Source: Candidatus Omnitrophota bacterium (GTDB lineage: Bacteria > Omnitrophota > Gorgyraeia > Zapsychrales > Fredricksoniimonadaceae). From it: a stretch of 64,000 nucleotides of DNA. The stretch covers positions 45,933 through 109,932 of the forward strand of contig CAJARJ010000018.1 in the NCBI GenBank assembly GCA_903944345.1. Direction: 5' to 3'. The translations under genes were made by a program, and so were the position numbers. The stretch's first letter is position 1; every line of letters starts with the position of its first letter. Under the pieces are notes generated by a model. It was given only the letters and a program-made list of their open reading frames with translations. It ran no database searches and was not told the origin of the DNA. Shown piece after piece: positions 30,660 through 40,181 of the stretch.

Positions 30660-31001
30660 TCAGATCTCGTAAATATGCCCTTCGACCAGTCTTTTCTGAC
30701 ACACATGCTCGTCCATGATCTTGTGCGCGACATCCTTGTTGACCTTGCCGTAAATCACTCTGGGCGCACCCTCAACACTGACTTCAACCAGCGGTTCGGC
30801 AGAACACAACCCCAAACATCCGCATTTCTTGACCTGAAGTTCCAGCCCACGGGCCTTGACCTCGCCGGAGAGGACTTCAAGCACTTCCTTGGCGCCGGCC
30901 GCAATCCCGCAGGTAGAATACCCCACGCGGATCCAGTTCTTCGGCTGGCCAGCCAACGTCTTGTTCTTGATCGCCAAAAGGTCTTCTTTCGTCATCGCCA
31001 T
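30660..31001 (-). CDS. Thioredoxin-like [2Fe-2S] ferredoxin subunit (HndB/HydD)
   Basis: GYSTCGIAAGA and GCLGLCSAEP. Confidence 0.9.
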   Translation of the reverse strand: MAMTKEDLLAIKNKTLAGQPKNWIRVGYSTCGIAAGAKEVLEVLSGEVKARGLELQVKKCGCLGLCSAEPLVEVSVEGAPRVIYGKVNKDVAHKIMDEHVCQKRLVEGHIYEI

Positions 31002-31010
31002 GCCGCCCCC

Positions 31011-31496
31011 TTATCCGTTCTTGACGGAGTCTTTGGAATATTCCGCAATAATATCCATCACATCACTGCGCTTGACCGCGCTGTAAACCTTGTCGCCGAC
31101 GGTAATGACCGGAGCGAGGCCGCAGCAACCCAGGCAGCGGACAATCTGCAAATGGAAGAAGCCATCTTTGGTTGTCTGCCCTTCCTCGACATGCAAAATC
31201 CCGCGGATTTCATCAATAAGCGCTGGCGCTCCCTTAAGATAGCAAGCCGTCCCCAGGCACACCGAGATATTAAACTTGCCCGGGGGCTGAAGCTTGAAAT
31301 AATTATAAAAAGTAAGAACTTCGTAGATACGCGCCAGGGGCGCATCCATCTGCCGGGACACTTCCAGCGCCGCTTCACGGGGCACATAACCGTAACGGTC
31401 CTGAATGTCATGAAGAATCGTAATAAGATTCCCCCGCCTGTCCTTCCATCTGTCTACGACGGACTTGACATCTGCACTGAGCGTCTCGATGATCAT
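31011..31496 (-). CDS. hydC: NuoE-like [2Fe-2S] subunit (HndA/HydC)
   Basis: LHDIQDRYGYVP, CLGTAC, CLGCCGLAP; start at MIIETL. Confidence 0.93.
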   Translation of the reverse strand: MIIETLSADVKSVVDRWKDRRGNLITILHDIQDRYGYVPREAALEVSRQMDAPLARIYEVLTFYNYFKLQPPGKFNISVCLGTACYLKGAPALIDEIRGILHVEEGQTTKDGFFHLQIVRCLGCCGLAPVITVGDKVYSAVKRSDVMDIIAEYSKDSVKNG

Positions 31497-31690
31497 ACAC
31501 GTCTCCTGTGTTTGTTTGAAAAGCCGGATCGGCGCGCACGGCTGTCTTGCCTGATGAGGAAACTGCCGGAAATATTTTCTGATTATAAAGATGATCGAAT
31601 GCGCTGGCAAGGGAATTGTTCTCATTCCGCTGTCACTCCGAAAGCAAGAAAAACATAACACATGCGAATGCGTTTTGATAAGATAAGATC

Positions 31691-33112
31691 ATGTTTTTCC
31701 GCATCTGCACTTTAATGCTCACCGGTCTGCTCATATACAGGATCATTCTACCTGTACCCTCCGCCGACCTTCCCCTGACGGGCGAAGCGAACACGGTCGT
31801 TTTCCAGGCCGACGGCTATGGCGGCCCGATCAGGATGCAAATGGTGCTGACCAATACAGGGAGCATCCAGCAGCTGCAAGTCCTCACCCACCAGGAAACA
31901 GCCGCTTTTGTCACACAACTGGATACTTTTCTGGCACAGTTCAGACAGAAAACCGGAATCGACGACCAGGAACCGGGCAGGGAGATTGATGTCATGACCG
32001 GGGCGACCGTCACCAGCCGCGCGATCACCCAGGCCGTTGCAGCAACCTTGCATCAACAGCCCGCCCGTAAAGACCCCCTTCCCCTTCTGCCATTGCTCCT
32101 GTCCGCAACACTCGGTCTGTCCGCACTGGCCGCATTGCTTCTTGGCAACCGGATTCTTCGCGGCCTGGTTCTACTCTCTGCTCTGTTTCTCTTCGGCCTG
32201 GCCCACCGCAGCATATTCTCCATTCTACAGATAGCCGGAATACAAACGGGACATGCACCTGCTCTTTTTGCTGCCCCCTGGTGGTGGATTTCCTTTGTCC
32301 TGGCACTCGTGCCTGCGCTGATCCTGGGGCGGCTTTACTGTTCTTCCTTATGCCCTTTTGCTGCCATTCAGGAGCTCCTGGCCAAAATCCAGAGAATACC
32401 CAGAAAACAGTTTACACCTGCTGCAGAGACCGACCGCAGAGCAAGAAAAATCAAATACCTGGTCCTGCTTGCTTTACTAACGCTGACTCTTGTTCTGGGC
32501 CATCTCTCAGTTGCCGATATCGAGCCCTACATCACATTTTTCACAGGCCGGGGCACATGGCCTGTCTGGAGCCTGCTAATTCTGGTGCTTGCGGCAGGAA
32601 CGTTCTTTTTTCGTTTCTGGTGCCGATATCTTTGTCCGGCAGGCGCTTTCATAGGTCTGGTCGCCCGTTTTGCCCGCTGGAAAATACAGTCGACTCCGGC
32701 CTGCACCGGCTGCCATGTCTGCCTTGCCGCCTGCCCGGTTAACGCGCTGGAAGCTGAAGGTTCTTTTGTCCAGGCAGAAACGGCCGAATGTATTCTGTGC
32801 GGGCATTGTCTAAAAATCTGCCCGCAGAAATGCCTACACCTCACGGCAACTCAAGCCAGACCGGCTTCAGGAACCCAAAAGCAGCGTAGGGCTGTTCCCT
32901 CCCCAGTCGCCCCTGAACAAACCTGGCTCTTGCCTGTTTTTCTGCTTCTCTCCGTGCTTCTGCTAACGCTTGGCGTGATGTACAATATTTACCAGTCCAC
33001 ATCAACAGCGGCCACAGCCGAATCCGCGACTCCGGATAAAAGCGAACACCTGAAGAAAGAATTGCTGGATATGGGATTAACCCTGCATCCAGCGAAATAC
33101 TGGAAACCATGA
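31691..33112 (+). CDS. NosR/RdxA-like membrane protein: FMN-binding domain + TM CxxxCP motifs + 2x[4Fe-4S]
   Basis: GYGGPI, flavinylation motif DVMTGATVTS, CSSLCP and CRYLCP, CTGCHVCLAACP / CILCGHCLKICP, final TM plus tail. Confidence 0.88.
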   Translation: MFFRICTLMLTGLLIYRIILPVPSADLPLTGEANTVVFQADGYGGPIRMQMVLTNTGSIQQLQVLTHQETAAFVTQLDTFLAQFRQKTGIDDQEPGREIDVMTGATVTSRAITQAVAATLHQQPARKDPLPLLPLLLSATLGLSALAALLLGNRILRGLVLLSALFLFGLAHRSIFSILQIAGIQTGHAPALFAAPWWWISFVLALVPALILGRLYCSSLCPFAAIQELLAKIQRIPRKQFTPAAETDRRARKIKYLVLLALLTLTLVLGHLSVADIEPYITFFTGRGTWPVWSLLILVLAAGTFFFRFWCRYLCPAGAFIGLVARFARWKIQSTPACTGCHVCLAACPVNALEAEGSFVQAETAECILCGHCLKICPQKCLHLTATQARPASGTQKQRRAVPSPVAPEQTWLLPVFLLLSVLLLTLGVMYNIYQSTSTAATAESATPDKSEHLKKELLDMGLTLHPAKYWKP

Positions 33113-34080
33113 AGACAGTCGAATGCCTGCTTTGTCCACGCCACTGCCGCCTGCCCGAGGGCGGTCGAGGTGACTGCCTGGTTCGCACCAATGTCGGCGG
33201 CAAGCTCTATTCCCTGGTTTACGCAAAACCATGCTCAGTGCATGTAGATCCTGTTGAGAAAAAGCCTTTCTTCCATGTCCTGCCCGGATCCTCGGCTTTT
33301 TCGCTGGCCACTGCCGGCTGCAATCTGCACTGCCTGTTCTGCCAGAACTGGCAGATCTCGCAAAGCCAGCCGGAAAAAACACAGAACATTGACCTGCCAC
33401 CCCAGGCTGCAGTCGACAATGCCCTGCGCCATAACTGCCGCAGCATCGCTTATACCTATTCAGATCCGGTCATTTTCTATGAATACACCCTGGACACCGC
33501 GCGACTGGCCCAGAACGCCGGACTGCTGAACCTGCTGGTTACGGCAGCCTACATCGAGCAGGCACCTTTAGCCGAACTCTGCACGGTCACCCAAGCCGCG
33601 AATGTCGACCTTAAAGGAATCACCGAAGCCTTCTATAAAAAAATGTGCCGGGCCTCCCTGCGCCCCGTTCTGGATGCTCTTGTAACTATGAAGAAACTCG
33701 GAGTCTGGCTGGAAGTTACCAATCTGGTCATCCCGACGTGCAATGACAGTGACGAAGATTTGCGCACGCTGGCGCGCTGGATAAAAAATAATTGCGGGGC
33801 GGATACTCCGCTGCATTTTTCCCGATTCTGGCCCATGCATCAACTGATGCATCTGCCGCCCACTCCGGAAGAAACCCTGACCCGGGCCAGACAAATTGCC
33901 CAAAGCGAGGGGCTGCACTTTGTGTACACCGGGAACATTGCCGGACACCCCGGGGAGAACACCTTCTGCCCTGTATGCAAAAAAGAACTCGTACAGCGTA
34001 AAAGATACACCTTAGGAGAGATTCACCTTGCTTCGGGGGCCTGCGCGTTCTGCGGGCACCGCATCCCCGGCATCTGGTGA
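33109..34080 (+). CDS. amrS: AmmeMemoRadiSam system radical SAM enzyme
   Basis: CLLCPRHC, DPVEKKPFFH, GCNLHCLFCQNWQISQ, AYTYSDP, PLHFSRF.P, NTFCPVC. Confidence 0.93.
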   Translation: MKTVECLLCPRHCRLPEGGRGDCLVRTNVGGKLYSLVYAKPCSVHVDPVEKKPFFHVLPGSSAFSLATAGCNLHCLFCQNWQISQSQPEKTQNIDLPPQAAVDNALRHNCRSIAYTYSDPVIFYEYTLDTARLAQNAGLLNLLVTAAYIEQAPLAELCTVTQAANVDLKGITEAFYKKMCRASLRPVLDALVTMKKLGVWLEVTNLVIPTCNDSDEDLRTLARWIKNNCGADTPLHFSRFWPMHQLMHLPPTPEETLTRARQIAQSEGLHFVYTGNIAGHPGENTFCPVCKKELVQRKRYTLGEIHLASGACAFCGHRIPGIW

Positions 34081-34092
34081 CAGAAAGGACTC

Positions 34093-34236
34093 ATGACACG
34101 TCGCAACTTTATAAAGACTTTACTGTTAATCAGCATTGGCTGGGTTCTTCGGCTGCGGCGACCTGCTGAAGACTTTTCGGCAGACTTGCTCAAGGAAGCG
34201 CTTTTTTACCGCAACACCAACGATCTTGCCGGATAA
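34093..34236 (+). CDS. 47-aa twin-arginine-motif peptide (below the ORF-track cut-off)
   Basis: AGAAAGGA RBS, ATG 12 nt after the amrS stop; MTRRNFIKTLLLISIGWVLRLRRPAEDFSADLLKEALFYRNTNDLAG. Confidence 0.75.
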   Translation: MTRRNFIKTLLLISIGWVLRLRRPAEDFSADLLKEALFYRNTNDLAG

Positions 34237-36331
34237 AGGCCGTCATAAGCCCCAATTGCAGTAACGCACAAAACACCAGCGTGTCCGAACTCCCCCACAA
34301 AGGAACAAGCACAACCCCTCCCAAAACAAGCCCCAAAACCGATCCAAGAACATCTGCGGCATACAATTTTCCCGGCACAGCTCTCGAAGAAACCGCGACA
34401 GCAAATTGCCCCCCGCTGACAGCCCCTGCGCAAAACGAAAGAAGAAAAAGCCCGGACAGCGAAAACCAGCCAGCTCCGCAAACCGCCAGAAACGGCAAAA
34501 CAGCCGCTCCCGTAAACGACACCGCTGAAGCCAAGGCCAACATCTTCCACGACACCAGACTTTTTCGGTTCTCCGCCAGCCAGGCACCGGCACAAACACC
34601 TGCCAGAAAAACAGCCGTTATCAACCCGAACCAGGAATAGACATACCCGAACAATGCCTGAAAGAGAATCAACACCGACGACTTGATAATCATCAGTTGA
34701 AAACCCCCGGCTGTTGCCGTTACCAAGGGAAGTCTGAACCCGGACTTCAATCCGGGAAAAAATACAAAAAGAACCAGACACCACAACAGCAGCAAACCGT
34801 GCTCGGCCATCTGCATAAAGCGGGCAAACAAAGAATTAAAATGTGTCGACCAGAAAGACAACGAAGAGGCAAAAAGTACAGGACGAAGATCCTGATTAAT
34901 TTCTCCGGGGACAGCAAGCATTCGCTCCAATCCCCCCAGACGCAGACGGTCAAAACGCTCATCCCAGTATCCAGGCTTGACCCAGGATGTTTCAAGACCA
35001 CGCTCCCGCAGCCTTCTTTCAAGTACCCGAGGATCCAGGCTAACAGTTCCAGGCGAGCGCACCCCCAGAAACAAGGTTCTAGCCCCCGGAAGGAATCTGA
35101 CTTCTGGAAAAACCGCCTTCAAAGTGGCAAACAAAGACCGCAGAACTCGACGGCATTCCTCATTGATATAGTTTTCGGCTGAAGTCATGGTCAAGGCCAA
35201 AACTCCCCCCTCAGCCAGAGCCAGAGCGGCCTCTTCAAAGAATTCCCTGGTGTAGAAACGATTCTGCAAAAGCGTTAAAGGATCACCGGCATCCACAATA
35301 ATCACATCATACAATCCCCGGACTCGCTTCAGGTAAGCCCGGCCGTCCGTACGGAAGACCCGGAGACGAGGATTTTGTAAAACTTGCCTAACCAAAGGCA
35401 TTTCACGGGCCAGCAAAGCCACAGTTTGAATATCCATCTCGGTACAGTCAACAGCCATACCTGGATGCTTTAACGCTTCCCGTTCTCTTCCCGCCGCCAG
35501 CGTCCCGCCAAGAATAAGCAGCCGTTTTGGATCGGGATGAGCAAGCAAAGCATAATGCACGATCTCTTCCGCAGAGGCCGCATCTCCTGCCGAAGCAGAA
35601 AACCGGCCATCTTCAAAGAAACTCAAACTGCCATTACGCTCCAAAAGAAGGCTGCGACCATAAACCGTGTCTTTTTCTGCAACGATTCTAAAGCCTTTCC
35701 AGGAAGCTGCTCGAATAATAAAAGCTGTTTTTTCTCCAAGGCCAGCCAGAAAAAAGAACAACATCGCACCGCCAAGCGCAATTTTAAAAACCAGGACTCC
35801 CTCGCCTTTAAAATAAATAATCAAAGCAGGAAGACAGACCAATACCACAATATCCCAGCTGCGCATAAAGGGAAAGAAAAGAAACGTCGCCCCCACTCCG
35901 GCAAGAAAAAAACCCAGCGCTTCCTGCGCATACAAAGACATGACGCGCCCTTTAGCCTCTCTGGTCAAGGCTGAGAAAATTGCACCAAAAACAATGCTGG
36001 CGGGCAATACCAAAAAGAACGCAACCAAAACACTGATCAGTGGATCCGGGATCTGTCCAGGCACAAGCCCAAGACCCAAACGCACTGCAGAGGCCGCCAG
36101 CGCTATCAGCGGCGCCAGAACAGACACCAGCCCAAAAAGCAATGAAGCGGAACTTTTTAACCAGATACTGCCGCAAGCTATCCCCGCCATCCAGCCAGCA
36201 AGGCACAGCATATACACCAACTCATTGCCGCCGAAAGCGGCCATAAGTTCCCGCAAAACAAACAGCTGCAACAGGCATGAACAAAACCCCAGACAGAAAG
36301 CTTGTATCAACATCGCAGGGATCCTCATCAA
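34190..36331 (-). CDS. Fused membrane / spermidine-synthase-like SAM-fold protein with TM domains on both sides
   Basis: LRELMAAFGGNEL TM start, EEIVH, degenerate LILGG, DGRAYL, YDVIIVDAGDP, FYTREFF and C-terminal TM block (LYAADVLGS). Confidence 0.85.
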   Translation of the reverse strand: MMRIPAMLIQAFCLGFCSCLLQLFVLRELMAAFGGNELVYMLCLAGWMAGIACGSIWLKSSASLLFGLVSVLAPLIALAASAVRLGLGLVPGQIPDPLISVLVAFFLVLPASIVFGAIFSALTREAKGRVMSLYAQEALGFFLAGVGATFLFFPFMRSWDIVVLVCLPALIIYFKGEGVLVFKIALGGAMLFFFLAGLGEKTAFIIRAASWKGFRIVAEKDTVYGRSLLLERNGSLSFFEDGRFSASAGDAASAEEIVHYALLAHPDPKRLLILGGTLAAGREREALKHPGMAVDCTEMDIQTVALLAREMPLVRQVLQNPRLRVFRTDGRAYLKRVRGLYDVIIVDAGDPLTLLQNRFYTREFFEEAALALAEGGVLALTMTSAENYINEECRRVLRSLFATLKAVFPEVRFLPGARTLFLGVRSPGTVSLDPRVLERRLRERGLETSWVKPGYWDERFDRLRLGGLERMLAVPGEINQDLRPVLFASSLSFWSTHFNSLFARFMQMAEHGLLLLWCLVLFVFFPGLKSGFRLPLVTATAGGFQLMIIKSSVLILFQALFGYVYSWFGLITAVFLAGVCAGAWLAENRKSLVSWKMLALASAVSFTGAAVLPFLAVCGAGWFSLSGLFLLSFCAGAVSGGQFAVAVSSRAVPGKLYAADVLGSVLGLVLGGVVLVPLWGSSDTLVFCALLQLGLMTAFIRQDRWCCGKKALP

Positions 36332-36351
36332 TAGCGGTCAAACACATCCGT

Positions 36352-36392
36352 AAAAACAAAGAGCGCAGGCTATAAATCTGCCTGCGCTCTTT
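36352..36392 (-). terminator. Intrinsic terminator
   Basis: Stem AAAGAGCGCAGGC / GCCTGCGCTCTTT followed by GTTTTT on the minus strand. Confidence 0.75.
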
Positions 36393-36411
36393 AAACAAAT
36401 CATTCTAAGGT

Positions 36412-37092
36412 TTACTTGCCAATATTCTGCTTATTATAAAAATCCCAAAGAATCTTGGCGGCCAGATCTTTACCACCCAAACCAAAAGCAAGCCCCAGCG
36501 CAAGACAAAAAGCCGCAAAAAAGATCTGAAACGTCGTGCTGACAAAAAATGTAGAAATTCTCAACTGCTCAAATGTCATGACCGTTGTAAACAACAGAAT
36601 CGCTATCTTGGCAATCGAACCCAGCAACTCGGCACGCGAAACGTCAATATTTGAAGCTGCAGCCTTGATAATACTGTAAATAAGATTGGCAAAAAACATA
36701 CCGATCAAAGCCACAAAAACCGCGGCAATAACATTCGGAATAAACCCGGTGACTCTTTCCAGAAGGTGCGCCGCGACAACCAGCCCCATCGAATCAACCA
36801 CGACAGTAAACACCAGCAGCATCATCGCCCAATACACGAGGCCAGCCAGCAAAGAAGACGCCGAGAGCATCACTCCGCCCTTGGTGAGCATTGCAGAAAA
36901 CCCGATCTTGTCGGAAAAAGAATTAAACTTGACCTGATCAAGTAGTTTCTGTGCAAAACCGCTGAAAACTTTGGCAATAATCCAACCGAAAAGAAGGATC
37001 AGAAGCGCGCCAAATAGCTGGGGAACAAAAGCCCCAAGTTTGTTGAGCATCGTTACAATCGGCTCGATAAAAAGAATATCAATCCCCGCCAT
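36412..37092 (-). CDS. CmpX-like TM-helix-repeat protein (MscS-associated family)
   Basis: Two FxP(Q/N)(L/V)xxA TM repeats; ALGLAFGLGGKD C-terminal motif. Confidence 0.8.
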   Translation of the reverse strand: MAGIDILFIEPIVTMLNKLGAFVPQLFGALLILLFGWIIAKVFSGFAQKLLDQVKFNSFSDKIGFSAMLTKGGVMLSASSLLAGLVYWAMMLLVFTVVVDSMGLVVAAHLLERVTGFIPNVIAAVFVALIGMFFANLIYSIIKAAASNIDVSRAELLGSIAKIAILLFTTVMTFEQLRISTFFVSTTFQIFFAAFCLALGLAFGLGGKDLAAKILWDFYNKQNIGK

Positions 37093-37249
37093 ATTTTCTC
37101 CTTTATTTAGAATTTTTCAACGCAAGTTGATTACACTCTACATGAATTTGTAAGTTATGAAAATAATTTTTCATCTTTTTTAACTCGTTATCCTATAGAC
37201 AGATCGAGTCAAAATTATACCCGCAGAAGGCCCCGGCAGGCCGGAGCCA

Positions 37250-39079
37250 TCAATAGGGTGTCTTGAGTCGCCACCATTCGGAGAAGTCCGGAAGTAGCGG
37301 TCGAAAAATGGAGTTAACCAGCCGCGAATTTTTCCGTGCAATCAACTGGTTACCAGCAAGCAGTGCCGCCCTGACCCGGGAGGAGTTGACAATATCCGGC
37401 GTAACACCCTGACCATAAAACATATCCGGGGTACCTGCACCTTGCGCACGAGCCAGAATGAAACCGGAAGAAAGATTCTGCAAAAAATCCCGCAACATTT
37501 CCCTGGCAACGGCCTCGCCGCCTCTGATCTGCATAGAACTTGTTTGTCCGGTCAACATGTTGGTGTCGGTCCGGGTTATGATATCAACACCCGTGTAAAG
37601 TTTTCGAAACAATGCCAGCGCCCGGGGATTATCATCCTCAAGCGCGGAAAAGAATGGCCGAATATCCCCAAAACCGGCAGCAAACAAGGTGTTATAGAGA
37701 ATATCCCATGTCCGAGTATCTTTGCCTGGCTCCTCCTGCCGGGGGATCTGCTCAAGCCCGGGAACATCCATAACCAGAAAGCCTTCGGCCGAAAGCCGCG
37801 CCCGCGCCATGGCATAAAACTCACGCGAATAAAGGCGGCTAAGGTTGTAATCGCTTGGAGCCGGAAAATCCAGATAAATGGCATCAAAGAACTCGCGTGA
37901 CTGGCGTACATAATAAAAAGCATCGTCAATAACCACCTGCACCCGGGGATCCTCAAAAGCCCCTTGGGTCAAAGAGCCCGGCCCGGAAGCGGAACGGAAC
38001 AAGTCAACCACCTTCCTGTCGATCTCAACTAAAATGATCTTGCGGACGGAAGAATACTTGAGCAATTCCCGAATCAGAAGGCCGTCACCGCCCCCCAGAA
38101 CAAGAACAGACTCCGGAACACGAACCGAGATTGCCATAGGAACATGCGCAAAGAATTCATGGTAAAATTTCTCAACATCAGAAAGAAACTGAAAATCATG
38201 CCCAAGATACAAAGCTAACCCGTGCGGACGAACCTTCCTGCCAGCTTTGCCGTTACTATAAATATCCAGCAAGTCATCCGGATAACCGGCGGCCGAGCGA
38301 ATACTCACCAAATCAATAGACTGATACGGACTGCGAACCCGCTGCACTTGCGCCAGAAAGGCACTCTCATCAGGAAGGGCATAAAAGCGGCGCAAGAAAT
38401 ACTGTTCAAATCTTCCGGCGCCGGCAAGCGTCAAAAAAATCAGAATCGCTGCCAGAGCAGACCAAAGTAGCTGCCCCGCCCCCCTGACCGGTTTGACCCA
38501 CCACAAAACAACGGCAGCCATAAGATTAACGACAGCAATTAATCCGGCAATCTGCAATAACCCGAACCTAGGCAACAAAAACAGCGGGAAAATCAATCCT
38601 GCGGACAGCGAGCCCAGATAATCCATGCCCAGAACCCGAACCAGAAGATTTCTGCCAGGAACCGCCTCCACAGCCATATCCAGAAGAAGAGGCAATTCGA
38701 TCCCCGCCAAAAAACCGACGGCAGACGAAAGCACAAGCGCGCTGAAAAAAAACAGGACGTCCGCAGCAATAACCTGATCCCCGGACAAAAAGGACAAAGC
38801 GCCCGACTGGGCTGCATGCAGAAGAAGAACAGATCCTCCTCCCACCAGGCTCAAAACAATTTCCACCCGAAATAGCCTGAGTTCCAGCGGAGCGTTTTTG
38901 AAAAATCTTCCGCCTGACCAGGCCCCTGCCCCCATGCTCCCGACAAAAACCCCCACCGCCAGACTCACCCAAACCAGCTGGTTAGCCGTAAAAACCGCAA
39001 CCGTCTGGGCAAGCACCAGCTCATAAACAAGCGCACACGCCGCCAGGACAAACGACAAAAGATATATAACAAACATCAT
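37250..39079 (-). CDS. speE: Membrane-fused polyamine aminopropyltransferase (spermidine synthase-like)
   Basis: About 7 TM, SPYQSI, YHEFFAH, VLVLGGGDG, VEID, FDAIYLDFP, RLYSREFY; 4-nt overlap with speD. Confidence 0.85.
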   Translation of the reverse strand: MMFVIYLLSFVLAACALVYELVLAQTVAVFTANQLVWVSLAVGVFVGSMGAGAWSGGRFFKNAPLELRLFRVEIVLSLVGGGSVLLLHAAQSGALSFLSGDQVIAADVLFFFSALVLSSAVGFLAGIELPLLLDMAVEAVPGRNLLVRVLGMDYLGSLSAGLIFPLFLLPRFGLLQIAGLIAVVNLMAAVVLWWVKPVRGAGQLLWSALAAILIFLTLAGAGRFEQYFLRRFYALPDESAFLAQVQRVRSPYQSIDLVSIRSAAGYPDDLLDIYSNGKAGRKVRPHGLALYLGHDFQFLSDVEKFYHEFFAHVPMAISVRVPESVLVLGGGDGLLIRELLKYSSVRKIILVEIDRKVVDLFRSASGPGSLTQGAFEDPRVQVVIDDAFYYVRQSREFFDAIYLDFPAPSDYNLSRLYSREFYAMARARLSAEGFLVMDVPGLEQIPRQEEPGKDTRTWDILYNTLFAAGFGDIRPFFSALEDDNPRALALFRKLYTGVDIITRTDTNMLTGQTSSMQIRGGEAVAREMLRDFLQNLSSGFILARAQGAGTPDMFYGQGVTPDIVNSSRVRAALLAGNQLIARKNSRLVNSIFRPLLPDFSEWWRLKTPY

Positions 39080-39435
39080 TCGTCAAAGCCCCTGGACATC
39101 ACACTAACCTCTGCTTTACGGGCCAAAAGCCCCTGCTTAAGAAAATCAATCGCCCTCTCGGGAAACATGGTTCCGCAGGTCAAAACATCAAAAGCCGCAT
39201 AACCGTCCTGGGGCCATGTATGAATAGAGAAATGTGATTCAGCAATAAAAATCATCGCACTGACACCCTGCGGCTCAAACTGATGGAAATGGGATCCAAG
39301 AATAGTGGCGCCGCTGTCACGGGCGGCCTGCAGAAAAAGAGGACGCAAAACTTCAACCCTGGCCAGGGGCTCCGGATCACAACCGGTAAACTCGACAAGA
39401 TAGTGTCTGCCAAATTCATGTTTTCTGGATTTCAT
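39076..39435 (-). CDS. speD: S-adenosylmethionine decarboxylase proenzyme
   Basis: GRHYLVE, HQFEPQGVS, AESH self-cleavage site, HTWP, DVLTCG. Confidence 0.96.
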   Translation of the reverse strand: MKSRKHEFGRHYLVEFTGCDPEPLARVEVLRPLFLQAARDSGATILGSHFHQFEPQGVSAMIFIAESHFSIHTWPQDGYAAFDVLTCGTMFPERAIDFLKQGLLARKAEVSVMSRGFDE

Positions 39436-40181
39436 AACGCCTCTTCATGAAGATATAAACGAACACAGACCTCCTGGATTCGCCCGGACCAAGCCAGCCC
39501 GGCCAACGTCAGAAGCAGCAGCAGTGCCGCGCCACGCAAATACACTCTCGCCTTAACCCCGAACTCAGGTCGCCAAACCAGAACCAGAAAAAGCGCCCCC
39601 GCCGCATTGCACGTTGCGACCGCCATCAGAGAAGGCACAAGTCCGGATAAAGGATAAAGACAGAAAACATATAACAAAGTTCCGGCAAAAGCCCCGAGAT
39701 AATCAAAAGCGATCAGCCGGTTACGATCGGACTTTAAATCACTTGCGCCCAATGCAAGAAGCAGCGGCAACTCAAACCCGGTCAGAAAACCAATCAAAAC
39801 AACAAGCATGTGCGCCCAAAACAAAAGAAATCCGGATGGAAAATTCAACGCATCCAGAAGAAAAAGACCCGGAACAGCCGAAACACCAAACAAAATCAGC
39901 AATGTTTCAACCTTAAACAGAAGCCGCCAGGGTCTTTTGACAACATAACGTTCAGCCGCAAAAGCCCCTACACCCATAAAACACATATAGAGACCGATTG
40001 TCACGCTGTAACGCAGAACGGTATTGGCAAAAAACGCGGAAAGAACCTGGGCCAGCAACAACTCGTAAGCCATACTGCATAACGCCAGAACAAACTTGAG
40101 AAAAAGCAATGGCCGGAGCCGTCCTGCGGTTAAACCTGCAGAATCGACTCCGGCCTTATATGGCGTCTGCCGGAAAATCAA
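39432..40181 (-). CDS. Stand-alone membrane domain homologous to the TM part of membrane spermidine synthases
   Basis: CSMAYELLLAQ, GFLTGFELPLL, DYLGA; no SAM domain. Probable TTG start overlapping the PEPCK stop (TTGA) with a GGAG RBS. Confidence 0.8.
   Translation of the reverse strand: MIFRQTPYKAGVDSAGLTAGRLRPLLFLKFVLALCSMAYELLLAQVLSAFFANTVLRYSVTIGLYMCFMGVGAFAAERYVVKRPWRLLFKVETLLILFGVSAVPGLFLLDALNFPSGFLLFWAHMLVVLIGFLTGFELPLLLALGASDLKSDRNRLIAFDYLGAFAGTLLYVFCLYPLSGLVPSLMAVATCNAAGALFLVLVWRPEFGVKARVYLRGAALLLLLTLAGLAWSGRIQEVCVRLYLHEEAL

Noticed and set aside
31497-31690. Rex operator expected in the divergent hydrogenase promoter region
   Set aside because: No convincing TTGTGAA-N4-TTCACAA match was found.
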